Positions 37,101-47,644 of a stretch of DNA of 64,000 nt are shown in pieces. The DNA is from Setoptus koraiensis (taxonomy: Eukaryota; Animalia; Arthropoda), in assembly GCA_048013815.1 (NCBI GenBank), contig CM106586.1, forward strand, positions 22,568,001-22,632,000, written 5' to 3'. The notes below the pieces were generated by a model, which had not been told where the DNA came from, ran no database searches, and saw only the letters and a list, made by a program, of their open reading frames with translations. Numbering within the stretch: position 1 is the first letter of the stretch; each line of letters starts with the position of its first letter. The position numbers and the translations under genes were made by a program.

Positions 37101-38455
37101 TTTGGACTGAGGGTTGTATTAACAGAACGAATTACAAAGAATTGAAAGGATTCAGTCTACAAAATCTCCCACCTGGTTTACACAAACTACAAATCAAAGC
37201 TATTTCTATGGCAACTAGCCAAGGAGAATGGTCCGAAGTAGTTGAATTCAATGTTAAGGATAATTCACAAATATCCACAATGTTGATAATGGTTCTATTC
37301 ATCATGATTTGCACGATTGCCTCATCCGGATGCGTCGGAATTTACATCTATAAGAAGAGACTTGCCAATACAAACGATCTGTTGGCTTATGCCTCTGTTA
37401 ACCCGGACTACATGCAATATGAGCCTGATGGTTGGGAAGTTGATAAAAACAACCTTACTGTATGCTCTGAATATATAGGTAAAGGTTCTTTCGGTATGGT
37501 ATACAAAGGAATTTTGCACACAGAAAAGGGTGATATAGAATGTGCTGTCAAGACGGTTCCACGTAACGCAACCGCTTCGCAAAGGATAGAATTTCTCAAC
37601 GAAGCGTCGAGAATGAAAAAATTTGATACTTATCATGTAATCAAATTACTCGGGGTGGTGTCAGCATCGACTCCTGTGTACGTTATTATGGAATATATGG
37701 AAAAAGGAGATCTCAAAAACTATCTTAGGACATTACGACCACATTATGAACAAAAAGGACAACTTATTTTCGAGGGTATATGTCCAATGGCTTCTCAAAT
37801 AGCAGACGGTATGGCTTACCTTTCCACACAAAAATACGTTCATAGGGATCTAGCTGCTAGAAATTGTTTTGTCTCAAAGGATTGCACTGTTAAAATCGGC
37901 GATTTTGGAATGACAAGAGAAGTTTATGAAAGTGACTACTATAGGAGGGGTACTTCAGCCAGGTTACCAGTTAGATGGATGGCCCCTGAGGCGTTGAAAG
38001 ACAACGTGTATACTACATCATCTGATGTTTGGTCTTTCGGTATTGTTGTCTGGGAGATGGCCACCTTTAGCGCTTCCCCATATAGAGGGCAATCCAACGA
38101 TGAAGTGATAACCAAAGTTGTTGCAGGCCAAACTCTTCCTACGCCCCCCGGCTGCCCAGATAGATTGGCCAATTTGATGGAGAGCTGCTGGAAGTATTCT
38201 CCTGCAGATCGACCAACTTTTATGGAAATAGTAGAATATCTCTTGCCTGAAACAAAAAATGATCTATCACCCCAGAGTTTCTACTTCAAAGCAAAATCTG
38301 ATGAAACTTTAAAGCAACAATCTGTATCTGATCAAGAGTGCACAAATACAGGAGGAACCGAATCTTATCCACTGTTGTCTTGGCCGTCAATAAGGACCAA
38401 TGGCCTCTCTAATGGAGTGACACATATTAATAATGACAATGCCAAAATAACGTGA
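34124..38455 (+). CDS. InR: Insulin/IGF receptor tyrosine kinase, intronless, 1443 aa
   Basis: Signal peptide, L1 (FPKLREITDFLLLFRV, LFPNLAVIGG), Cys-rich furin-like region, L2, FnIII repeats, TM segment and NPDY juxtamembrane motif. Kinase motifs GKGSFGMVY, HRDLAARN and DFGMTREVYESDYYR...LPVRWMAPE. Confidence 0.97.
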   Translation: MAKLYLAAPLLAIITALLSLSSQLSSIQTGPPICGPLHIRNDISALAKLTDCEIINGPLTIALMSNPSRPYEQADYDNITFPKLREITDFLLLFRVEGLTTLSKLFPNLAVIGGRELVSNYALIFYANIHLQEINLPNLHDILRGSVRIELNPNLCFYSTIDWDRICKKKYVPHFFKDNKNTCSEYCSESCETHHMATPNWDDVSPIEGDVKRLGSNNDRFCWSRNTCQRICKTCTNSPCMFDGQKEECCSPECAGGCYKSNDNQKCISCRSVLEKGMCKDKCSKHLFEHNGHCLTRQECYDLKETPKEIGCSKTASSKPFLTFKAITGEIHGKCQATCPANYQEDELHKNECKPCDNGKCRKVCALNDPYVATNIPSLKELSGCVVINGSLELSLKGGKNVINELEIALKDLEEITGFLKITRSSPLVTLGFLENLHTIGGEKLDREEYSFIVVDNPNLQELFLRNDNSSKKIELKKGKVFLHLNPKLCPSTIDKMKLYTNIKEWNNEDVSRHSNGDKEVCVKDKLDVRYVRSTSKNALISFYNYVNTMNDSRKLLYYLINYREVPEGNVTFFDGRDGCFSQNDRWITQEESPTKSPEAYRTAIIQIKPATRYALYVKTFTLDAESRGAMSDIIYFITSPDTPGRPRNLIVRSRSPNDIHIYWSPPIKPNGRIDEYTIKVTKNPELEDLQNVDICKSVDGRDKIAKSITEEESVVNSEYYTPHANATSVTPHGTNGQNSTCTCENTVDKNDAEIQQEVLTFQDFVIDLVYCKNLDLTKPLNSSSNEQRHHRSVRSSPVKASISMSDIADARGNTDSSSQSTVTQMGHNNNITSTISNTDNSDLKEDSDSASSFTTTKFEQSNDSLTIVVKMDQYASLVKGKDYQLYHSITGLHHSTSYSIEIRACHAMLKNQTNISSAKDSSSYERCSVQELTLVRTQPKQGADSINKTSILIQPKNETSPYIVHWTEPTDPNGLILAYLVRFRHTDSPDDIWTEGCINRTNYKELKGFSLQNLPPGLHKLQIKAISMATSQGEWSEVVEFNVKDNSQISTMLIMVLFIMICTIASSGCVGIYIYKKRLANTNDLLAYASVNPDYMQYEPDGWEVDKNNLTVCSEYIGKGSFGMVYKGILHTEKGDIECAVKTVPRNATASQRIEFLNEASRMKKFDTYHVIKLLGVVSASTPVYVIMEYMEKGDLKNYLRTLRPHYEQKGQLIFEGICPMASQIADGMAYLSTQKYVHRDLAARNCFVSKDCTVKIGDFGMTREVYESDYYRRGTSARLPVRWMAPEALKDNVYTTSSDVWSFGIVVWEMATFSASPYRGQSNDEVITKVVAGQTLPTPPGCPDRLANLMESCWKYSPADRPTFMEIVEYLLPETKNDLSPQSFYFKAKSDETLKQQSVSDQECTNTGGTESYPLLSWPSIRTNGLSNGVTHINNDNAKIT

Positions 38456-39416
38456 ACAAAGCAACCTACATTCGGATTCAATTGCCGATGGATTAGTAGT
38501 TAACATACTTCAATACACTTGTTGTTTTTCTTCGAGTATCAAACATATACGATAGTTTGAAGAAAAAAGAGAGAGAAGAGAATAGTAACTCGATAATAGA
38601 TATATGATGTTAATAATTTATATATTTACTATATGATACCACTCAAGTTTACCTCGGTAGCGATGGACTTTTCATCACATCACGCCCCTCCCCCCACCCA
38701 GAAAGCAGAGACGAGACTTTTTGTGACTATGGGACTAGTTATGGTATTTAACCACCACCACCACCTCAACCACCACTATCACCACTACTACCACCATCAT
38801 TTGAATATAATCATAGACCCGATGTGTTGGACTCGGTTGATTGCGCCCTGAACTTGAAACAAAACAACAAATTACCTAGAACACCATCGCCAGCCTTAAC
38901 TCAACTAACTGTGCGATAGAAAACTCAAATGATTGATGAAAATAAAGCAAAAGATTTATTACTTATTTATGTAAAATACACACTACACAGCAACATCACA
39001 ATCGCTAGATTGAAATGTAATCATCATTCGTCACCGGCCCCACTTAGAACGCCAGCATCGAGAACAATTTAGAGTCACTATTTTGTTTAATCTATTTGTC
39101 TAGTCATTGTCTATAAATGAATTAATTCTAAAACGAAAAAGGAATTCATGTTAGAAGCACATCCGGACTATTTAAGGACGCGAGCTGAAGTAAAGTTAAG
39201 ACGAAGGAAAGAATAGGAGAAATAGGACCGAAAAATAGTCTTGGAATTTATGCAGTGACGAGAGACATGAATGGTTGAGTGTCAGGTATAAGATGGAATA
39301 ATTTTAGAGAAATTAGCAGCAACTGTGTCGGATAGTGATTGCATCATCAGCTCTAGTTTGTCAACTAACTATATCAATAATAATTGTATCAAATGATGAA
39401 CACAATAAAAACAATT

Positions 39417-39425
<9 letters not shown>

Positions 39426-39459
<34 letters not shown>
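39426..39459. repeat. (TA)n microsatellite
   Basis: Direct reading. Confidence 0.9.
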
Positions 39460-39462
<3 letters not shown>

Positions 39463-39991
39463 CACATAAACATTTATATTCTTCTATCAATAAAAACTAC
39501 TGAGGAGCACGTATTTCCCCTCGAAGTTGAACAATATAATCCCCCCGCTTCTGTCACCACACCACAAAGGGGACCTTTTTCTTCTTTATTCTCTCCCCAG
39601 AATAGGTACAGGTTAAAGAGTATAGATTTTGATTTTGTGCTTACTAGTCTACCCTTATATAACGACTATATACAGTGTTGATCAGCGAAGTAGTGACATA
39701 GCTTTGTTTCACCTAGCGCTGGGGTCCCGACGTGCGAGTTTGCGCGTGTCGCTACAAGCCTCTATGCGATGACTGTCTGCCTCTTTGAGGTTAGCAGTGG
39801 CCACTTGCGTATCGAACACGGCTTCTTAGTGATCAGCTTGAGATGTTTAGCTGTGAAAATGCTCTTTTCCAATGGAGCAACAGCTCTAGATAGCCTCCGA
39901 GCCGATAGAAGCATTTCTATGCATTTATTACCAAATACTGAGAATGGCGAACATTTTGTATAAATAATTGATGTAGTTACACAAAATCAAC

Positions 39992-42900
39992 ATGACTCAC
40001 TCGTCTTGTCATGTAGAATTCATTGCCATTATGAAACAACCGTCCAACACTATAGCTGGCCATTCAATGGGTGGCCTCAGATGGCCGAGCAAAGGAGTCA
40101 AGTTATCGGTAATTATATTTATCGTATCATTGCTGATTTGTTTTCACGAACACTCCAAATCGAGTGAGGCCCGCGAACATTCTCAAGCATATCAGACTCA
40201 TCAACAGCAGCGGCAAAATTATTATTATCAACATTATCGATATCACCACCCATTTGTAAACGATTATCGTGCTACAGGAGGCCGTTTACACTCGGATGAT
40301 AAATATGACAGTTACACGATGCCAGACAAAACGTTGTTGCCATCATCGGATGATGATAATGGTCTTAGCTCTCCGAAATTCGACCATCTAATGATGACCA
40401 GCTTTGAGGTTGACGAAAACCATCCGCATCTCGAACAACTAGTGGCTGGAGAACCTGCTTCGGTGGTATCAGAAATAATAAGCGGCGTTGAGGATCGCCA
40501 AGAACGAAGAAACAAAACTCCTGGCGATGAAGAGAATGCAAATACGAACAATAGACTGCCAAGAATTGAAGCCTCACACGTTGTACCCCAACTCACAAGC
40601 ATGACTGAAAATGACTATTTCGATGCCATAAACACAATTGGTCTCAATAGTCTTTCACCAGTGATACAGCCAACAGCAACAACAAACATTCTAATATCAA
40701 CAGCAAGCGATTTAGATCGAGATGAGGGTAGCGGCTACGGTCAGTTGCCAAGTAATTTCAAATTTGACACAAACCAGTTACCGAACAGATTGTCGCCCGT
40801 AGAAAGTTCAATGTTGGATAGGATAGAGCCAACAAAAGTGCTACAAACCAATATAATTAATACAACACCAACAATTGCACCACCAATTCAAAATGGCGAG
40901 GAGATTTTCTCGTTTGAACCGACATCAGTGACACCTCTCATGACCACCACTACCATCAATTATCCAAATGTTCTGCCACTACCCACAGATCAGACAAACG
41001 ATGCCTATTCTGTCAACGGCAACAACAATCTGACCGGCAACGTTGATCCATCTTTGTCGCAATCGCACTACCATCCAATTCTTGATATGTCGGTAGCCAA
41101 CCATGCTCCAATATTGAACAAACGTATTCCGAAATTGATGGCCATTGCTGGCCGCTTCTGGAAATACTCTATACCGGCCGATACTTTTATTGATGAGGAT
41201 GGCAATTTGAGAAATTTGAAATCTACCTTGAGTAATCTCAATCAAGACAATGGCAATCATAGGCCATCATCGTCATCTTATGACTCAGTGAGAACTAGTA
41301 ACAACAATTTAAACAACAAAGGTGCGCATCAAAACAATCAAGAAGCGGTTGAATTGACGGCGTACAATTCGTGGATTCAGTATGATCCAGAGGCTCAGTT
41401 ACTTTATGCCTTTCCGTCTGAGCGCGACCTCGGCAGACACGAATACGCTCTGGTGGTTGGCGATCGCATGGGTGCCCTATCAAGCGAACTACTAGAGCTA
41501 CAGGTCAGACAGCATCCTTCTTATCGTGCTTTCACGCATCAGTTTCAATTGAATCGTTTAGAATGGAACAAATACCTATTTCCGTCGCTGATTGACGCTC
41601 TCAGTAATCTGGCCCGACGTTTAACAGTTAACCTGTTTAGAGATGCGCGATATCGCAACTTCCTGTTTCAGTATTTCAAACCGGAGCAACGCCAACAATG
41701 GACAAACAACAACAATGGTGGTCTGAGGCAACAGTCAGCTAGGCAACAACACAACCATCATAGTGACTACCAGAACTCTATAGATCAGTTTGTTTACACA
41801 CTTAGCTGGTCCAATGATTCGTTGCCAGTTCATCCTTGTCCCAAAGATCAGATAGAGTCGTTATTTAGGCGTCTTATCGACGCCTCCAGCTATCCACAAT
41901 GGAGTCTGATTAGTGGCAACAAGCATCACCAGCTGAGGCCATCAGCTGCCCTCATTGAGGCACTACAACCTGAATTCAGATTATCTAGCGTCAGTCTCAA
42001 TCTCATGGCAGCTTGCAGTACGTTTGCCACTGGTCCACTAGAAAAGGATTCCAATTATGTAATAGACGATCCAAGTTCTATGCCAATATTGTTAAACAAA
42101 TTGGGCAAACTAACATGGCGCATAGGCGAACCCATTAAATACGTGATACCAGAGGATACGTTTCAGCCAGCAACTCTAGCCGATTCGAGCAAACAAACAG
42201 ACTCGCGTCCTAACAATATGCGCCAACTTAATTTAGCCCTACTGACCATCGACGGTACACCACTGGATAGACACTCTAAAGTATCATTTGTTAGTTTCGA
42301 CGAGCAGGAACAATGTATCTATGGTTTGGCCACTTCGGCGAGTCAACATGTTGGCATATGGGAGTTTATATTGGTTGCGCGCGATCCCGCCACCAATCAA
42401 AAGAGCCAGGATGTCTTTTTAATCGAAATCAAAGAGTCAAAATTATCGATTGAGCCCAGCTTGCAAACGTTCACCTCAGTGTTCTATTTAGTACCAAGAA
42501 TGGGCACACTCACATTGAGAGATCAAATTGATTTTAGTCAGAGACTTCAAAATTCATTGGCAGCGATTGATGCAACTACAACTGTATCTGCATCATCACA
42601 AGATTCCGTTGCCACTGAGTCACCTGGCAGCGATTTTTATCTGTCTCACATTCACGTGATGGACGTGCAAAAATTTGCTACATTTGCCACGGACAAAAAC
42701 AACAACGGTCTAGCCGGCAATCCAGCTATGCAGCAGTTCAGATCAACAAGATGGTCGACCAATTCAGGTTTTAAGTATCTTCAAGAGGGCGACACTATCC
42801 GTATTGAGGAGAACCCAGCCAACGCGGGGCAGCTCGCACATAGGCAACAACAACAACAACAACAAATAGAATCAAACTATTTTTATAAATTTATCTGGAC

Positions 42901-44185
42901 CAATATAAGCCTGTTATCCGAGTCAGGCCAGACGGGAACTTGCCCCGAGGCGGTCCTAAAAACAGAGCTATTCAATAAACTAATTGCTCTAGGTCTAGTG
43001 AAAGACAGCGCGCAAACACAACAGGATGTATCAGGTGATTTGGCGACAAACAACCAAATGGAGCTGAGTCTCGCCAATCTCAGCCACTATTTCGAGCCTG
43101 AGTTCGAATTGTTGCACGTCTATGTGGAGTTCATCAATCAATGCCAAAATCGGCTACCAAATCTGCACTTTGGTCCAAAAGTGTGGTTACCCGAATTGAC
43201 AGCAATGGGCGCAACGCAAATCTTCGATAACATGTCCACTTTTGGTCCTCAGAATGATTTCGACGGTTTCAATCGCATGGGAGCTTCACCATATTATCAA
43301 GATCACACAAATAACAATAACCAGCACTCACAAATAGGAACACAAACAAAGTTACAAACAACCCACAACAATAGAGTGGCACCAGCGGCAACAACGTCAA
43401 CAAGTAACGAGGAGCTGTCGATGGGTGTCATAATACTATTTGTCATTTTGTTGTTTGTCCTGGTTGTTGTCATTCTGATTCTATTATCTGCATATCAGCG
43501 CCAAGATCTCTTGAAGCGCCATCAAACACAATTCTATGCTGTGAACGGCCAGACAATGGAAGGCATAGGTCAAAGTAAATCGCAATATGCTATTGGTCAA
43601 CAACAATTCGCCAGCAATGGCCAAATGACTGGTGCTGGTTATTCACAGCATATGATTTTGTGCCCAAATACATCGTCGTCACCTGTCGCCAACAAGACAA
43701 TGTATGTTATACAAAATAATCCAAGCCACACAACAACAACTAAACAACAACTCACAACAACAACAATGCCCAGATCTATGACAGGGCTACGACTGCCGGC
43801 CAACACAACTTGTGGCACCGGTCTCACAATTGATCAACAACATGGTCCTAAGTATCGCTTAGCCATGGCACATCATCCGTCAATGATATTTGCCTCACAT
43901 CAGCACCCATATCAACAAACTGATTCACCAGATGGATCTAATAGATTGTATTATAGGACACTTGGCAGATTGAATACTAACAATCCGCGACCCTTTCAGC
44001 CACAGTTACACAACAACAACGGTAATGCGAAAAATGACCAACAGCATCCGTTTATCACGAATTACAATGGGCTTCCGGTGATGCTACATAATGGAACAAT
44101 GAGTAATACTTACAAGCCATCGCCAGGGTCAACGGATGATCGTACATCAACGATTGGTTCACGTCAACAATCTCTCAACTATTAA
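39992..44185 (+). CDS. Dg: Dystroglycan-like single-pass membrane protein, intronless, 1397 aa
   Basis: Hydrophobic signal segment, T/P-rich mucin-like region and two CADG domains (YSIPADTFIDED...SWIQYDPEAQLLYAFP; YVIPEDTF...VSFDEQEQCIYGL). SWSNDSLPVHPCPKDQIESLFRRL matches the DAG1 WTNNTL..PCPKEQI motif. TM segment MGVIILFVILLFVLVVVILILL. Confidence 0.8.
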   Translation: MTHSSCHVEFIAIMKQPSNTIAGHSMGGLRWPSKGVKLSVIIFIVSLLICFHEHSKSSEAREHSQAYQTHQQQRQNYYYQHYRYHHPFVNDYRATGGRLHSDDKYDSYTMPDKTLLPSSDDDNGLSSPKFDHLMMTSFEVDENHPHLEQLVAGEPASVVSEIISGVEDRQERRNKTPGDEENANTNNRLPRIEASHVVPQLTSMTENDYFDAINTIGLNSLSPVIQPTATTNILISTASDLDRDEGSGYGQLPSNFKFDTNQLPNRLSPVESSMLDRIEPTKVLQTNIINTTPTIAPPIQNGEEIFSFEPTSVTPLMTTTTINYPNVLPLPTDQTNDAYSVNGNNNLTGNVDPSLSQSHYHPILDMSVANHAPILNKRIPKLMAIAGRFWKYSIPADTFIDEDGNLRNLKSTLSNLNQDNGNHRPSSSSYDSVRTSNNNLNNKGAHQNNQEAVELTAYNSWIQYDPEAQLLYAFPSERDLGRHEYALVVGDRMGALSSELLELQVRQHPSYRAFTHQFQLNRLEWNKYLFPSLIDALSNLARRLTVNLFRDARYRNFLFQYFKPEQRQQWTNNNNGGLRQQSARQQHNHHSDYQNSIDQFVYTLSWSNDSLPVHPCPKDQIESLFRRLIDASSYPQWSLISGNKHHQLRPSAALIEALQPEFRLSSVSLNLMAACSTFATGPLEKDSNYVIDDPSSMPILLNKLGKLTWRIGEPIKYVIPEDTFQPATLADSSKQTDSRPNNMRQLNLALLTIDGTPLDRHSKVSFVSFDEQEQCIYGLATSASQHVGIWEFILVARDPATNQKSQDVFLIEIKESKLSIEPSLQTFTSVFYLVPRMGTLTLRDQIDFSQRLQNSLAAIDATTTVSASSQDSVATESPGSDFYLSHIHVMDVQKFATFATDKNNNGLAGNPAMQQFRSTRWSTNSGFKYLQEGDTIRIEENPANAGQLAHRQQQQQQQIESNYFYKFIWTNISLLSESGQTGTCPEAVLKTELFNKLIALGLVKDSAQTQQDVSGDLATNNQMELSLANLSHYFEPEFELLHVYVEFINQCQNRLPNLHFGPKVWLPELTAMGATQIFDNMSTFGPQNDFDGFNRMGASPYYQDHTNNNNQHSQIGTQTKLQTTHNNRVAPAATTSTSNEELSMGVIILFVILLFVLVVVILILLSAYQRQDLLKRHQTQFYAVNGQTMEGIGQSKSQYAIGQQQFASNGQMTGAGYSQHMILCPNTSSSPVANKTMYVIQNNPSHTTTTKQQLTTTTMPRSMTGLRLPANTTCGTGLTIDQQHGPKYRLAMAHHPSMIFASHQHPYQQTDSPDGSNRLYYRTLGRLNTNNPRPFQPQLHNNNGNAKNDQQHPFITNYNGLPVMLHNGTMSNTYKPSPGSTDDRTSTIGSRQQSLNY

Positions 44186-45232
44186 TCGTGTATCTTAAAC
44201 TGGTCGCAATGTATCCACATTCACAAGATTGATTATTTTTTACCTTTGACCCAGACTGCAGGCTATGTTGGCCATGTGCCCATAGTGTGAACTTTCTCAA
44301 GTGATATATGTAAATAGGTTATTCTACACACAACATAACCGTCGAACTAGGTCATGGTAGTTTCGAGTGGATGTTGTGAATGCGCTAGTTAGATGATAAT
44401 TAACAAATTTTGGTCGTTTTTCCGGGCGACTCTCGTGCAACATATCGTGTGAAATATTAAGTTGAATAATCTCTGAAACAAAATAACAATAAAGATTTTT
44501 TGCTTTTTTTAACTTGTTGGCTCATGTCAACTTATGACTATAAAACAAATCGTCCGCATTTATGTTGCTGTTGTCCGATCTAGCACCGGTTACCGGTAGT
44601 GTCGCGAATTACGGAATGTCATGATATAATAATCCGTATCGTCTCGCCTTGCAATCTCTCATAAAGATAATAATAGAGTAGGATGTATCAGGATGTCCGT
44701 TTTAGGTTTTTATTTTTTCATAAAAATCTAGCCAGATCAATTAATCGATATGGTGGAATCAATAAGTGTAGCAACAACATCGATGGTCGAATAAGAGTGA
44801 ACGACATTTAGGAAACATGTGTCTTTTTGCCCACCACATTCCGCGTACCTCGGGCAAAAAAGAGTCGGCCCGCGGTTGAGCAAGCACTGGTTGTTGCCAC
44901 AACAAAAAAGGGCACCAAACGAGGGCGTGTTTGTTTCGTCGACGGGGGAGTGTCCGCGGCGAACTAAATAGGATGCGAAAATCTGTTGATCGCTCATTGA
45001 ACAATCTCTCTGTCGAATCAAATATCATCTCAATTATTATTGTTGTCGTCTATTTATTGCTTATCTAAATCTGGCCCAAACAACAAACAACCAAATCAAT
45101 CAGATCTACTAATACCGATGAATTTGTCAATTTAACAAACAACAATTCACTACCTAGAAATAGATAATACATACATGCACCAGTGTTAGCAGTAATTGAC
45201 ACAAATAATATTAGACGATTATTTTGGTGATC

Positions 45233-47407
45233 ATGAAGGCGGAAAAGCGTCAAATAAAGGTGAAAAATTTCCAGGCTCCCAAGCCGCCTTCAAATTTCAC
45301 ACAGGACATATGGAATCAATTGAAGGATGCCGTCCATGCTATTCAGTCATCTGAGAGAGTCAACGACGACTCCCAGTATCTCTATGACAAGGTTGTGTCA
45401 CTTTGTGAATCCGGCTGGGAGGCAGAGATCTATGAGCGCCTAGAGAGTCTAGTTGATCAGCACATTAGAAAGATATTGTCAGAATTCTCTGAATACGACC
45501 GCGAAAGTTTACATTTCTTAAAATCACTCAATGTTTGTTGGCAAACAAATTGTCGTCAAATGCAGGCAATCAGATCTATATTCTATTATCTCGACAGAAC
45601 CTATGTACTAACCGTGCCAACATTATCATCTATATGGGATATGGGATTGGCCAAATTTAGTGATTATTTTAATACAAATTCAAGGTTACTCTCTAGAGCA
45701 ATAGATGAATTATTACAACTTATCAAAAAGGAGCGCAGTGGCGAGCGAGTAGACAGGGGTCTGATAAAGGATTTACTCACCATGCTCTCAAATCTATCCA
45801 TTTATTCCAAAGTGTTTGAGCCACGCTTTCTCAAGGATACCGAACGCTTATATCAATCCGAGGCACAAGAGATGGCTCATACAATGGAGGTACCAGAATA
45901 TTTAGCACATGTGGATAAAAGACTCAAAGAAGAACAAGAACGTATTGCTCATTATTTGGATATCACTACCAAAGATAGGCTTATAAATACAGTAGAGAAG
46001 GAACTATTAGAGAATCATCTAGAGGGAATATTAAACAGGGGCCTGGAAGTGATGTTAGACAAAATGAAATTACAAGATTTGATACTCTTGCATGAACTAG
46101 CATCGAGAGTTAGACAGGGACCATCTCAATTATGTTCAACATTTAACAAGTATATAAAGCAAAGAGGCAAGGTATTTGTCATGAATCCGGAAAAAGACAA
46201 ATCTATGGTGCAAGATCTTTTACTATTCAAGGAACAAATGGACTGCGTTGTATCCGTGTGTTTCCAGAAGCAAGATAAATTTGTCAATTCACTCAAAGAG
46301 GCTTTCGAACATTTTATAAACCAAAGAGCTAATAAGCCGGCCGAACTCATAGCTAAATACATTGACGTTAAGCTAAGGATGGGCAACAAAGAAGCCACGG
46401 ATGAAGAACTAGAGAGGAAATTGGATCAGATAATGGTCATATTCAGATTTATTCATGGTAAAGATGTCTTTGAGGCTTTCTACAAGAAAGATCTGGCTAA
46501 ACGTTTGCTTGTTGGCAGGTCTGCCTCGATCGATGCAGAGAAGTCCATGTTATCTAAACTCAAACATGAATGTGGTGCGTCGTTCACAGGTAAATTAGAG
46601 GGTATGTTCAAAGATATGGACTTAAGCAAGGATATTTTGGTTGCGTTCAAAAACTACGTCACAAATTCCGGTTCCAAATTGGAGTTCGATTTGATTGTTC
46701 ATGTATTAACGATGGGCTATTGGCCCACGTATCAACCGATGACCGTTGTTATGCCCAGAGATATGTTGAGACACCAAAAGATATTCCAGCAATTTTACAT
46801 GCAGAAACATAATGGACGTAAATTGCAGTGGCAAGCCAACCTTGGTAGCTGCCTATTAAACGCCTGGTACAAAGACAATACAAAAAAGGAGCTTCACGTG
46901 TCTGAGTTTCAAGCCTTAGTACTACTATTATTTTGTGATGCTGATGAAAAGTCATTCAAGGAGATAGCCAAGGAGACAAACATTGAAACGGTGGAGCTAA
47001 AAAGGACTCTACAATCAATGGCTTGTGGTAAAATACGAGTCCTACATAAAGAGCCCAAAGGAAAAGACGTTAATGAAGATGACAACTTTGTGTATGCCGC
47101 TAATTTTACACATAAATTGTATAGGATAAAAATAAATCAAATCCAATTCAAGGAGACTCAAGAGGAACAATCTACCACTCAAGAGAAAGTTTACCAAGAT
47201 AGACATTATCAGATAGATGCTGCCATTGTGCGTATAATGAAAACAAGAAAGTCCTTAAATCACAATCAATTAGTCGCCGAAATATTTGAACAGATAAGAT
47301 TTCCAGTTAAGCCTCATGATATCAAGAAGAGGATTGAAAGTTTAATAGAGAGAGAATTTTTAATCCGTGAAAAGGATAACGCCCAACAGTATAATTATGT
47401 AGCCTGA
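45233..47407 (+). CDS. Cul4: Cullin-4, intronless, ~724 aa from ATG 45233
   Basis: IRSIFYYLDRTYVL, FEHFINQRANKPAELIAKYID, FRFIHGKDVFEAFYKKDLAKRLLVGRSAS, ECGASFTGKLEGMFKDM, neddylation motif YQIDAAIVRIMKTRK, and end YNYVA. Confidence 0.97.
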   Translation: MKAEKRQIKVKNFQAPKPPSNFTQDIWNQLKDAVHAIQSSERVNDDSQYLYDKVVSLCESGWEAEIYERLESLVDQHIRKILSEFSEYDRESLHFLKSLNVCWQTNCRQMQAIRSIFYYLDRTYVLTVPTLSSIWDMGLAKFSDYFNTNSRLLSRAIDELLQLIKKERSGERVDRGLIKDLLTMLSNLSIYSKVFEPRFLKDTERLYQSEAQEMAHTMEVPEYLAHVDKRLKEEQERIAHYLDITTKDRLINTVEKELLENHLEGILNRGLEVMLDKMKLQDLILLHELASRVRQGPSQLCSTFNKYIKQRGKVFVMNPEKDKSMVQDLLLFKEQMDCVVSVCFQKQDKFVNSLKEAFEHFINQRANKPAELIAKYIDVKLRMGNKEATDEELERKLDQIMVIFRFIHGKDVFEAFYKKDLAKRLLVGRSASIDAEKSMLSKLKHECGASFTGKLEGMFKDMDLSKDILVAFKNYVTNSGSKLEFDLIVHVLTMGYWPTYQPMTVVMPRDMLRHQKIFQQFYMQKHNGRKLQWQANLGSCLLNAWYKDNTKKELHVSEFQALVLLLFCDADEKSFKEIAKETNIETVELKRTLQSMACGKIRVLHKEPKGKDVNEDDNFVYAANFTHKLYRIKINQIQFKETQEEQSTTQEKVYQDRHYQIDAAIVRIMKTRKSLNHNQLVAEIFEQIRFPVKPHDIKKRIESLIEREFLIREKDNAQQYNYVA

Positions 47408-47644
47408 GTAATACTATTTCAAAATATTTATTTCATAGATAATGATTGGAGGACACATAAATCCTGAGTGTAACAGGCAGTGTTCAATAATAAATTTTCG
47501 GAGCTGTTCTTTCAATTCAACAATTATGATATATATAGTTGATATGGGCCCATGATTGTTGGGAATTAAAATTAATAATCGCTTCGCTTGTTCAATTTGT
47601 TTTAATTATTGCTCTTCACTGTCTCTTGATTAATTGTCATCCTA

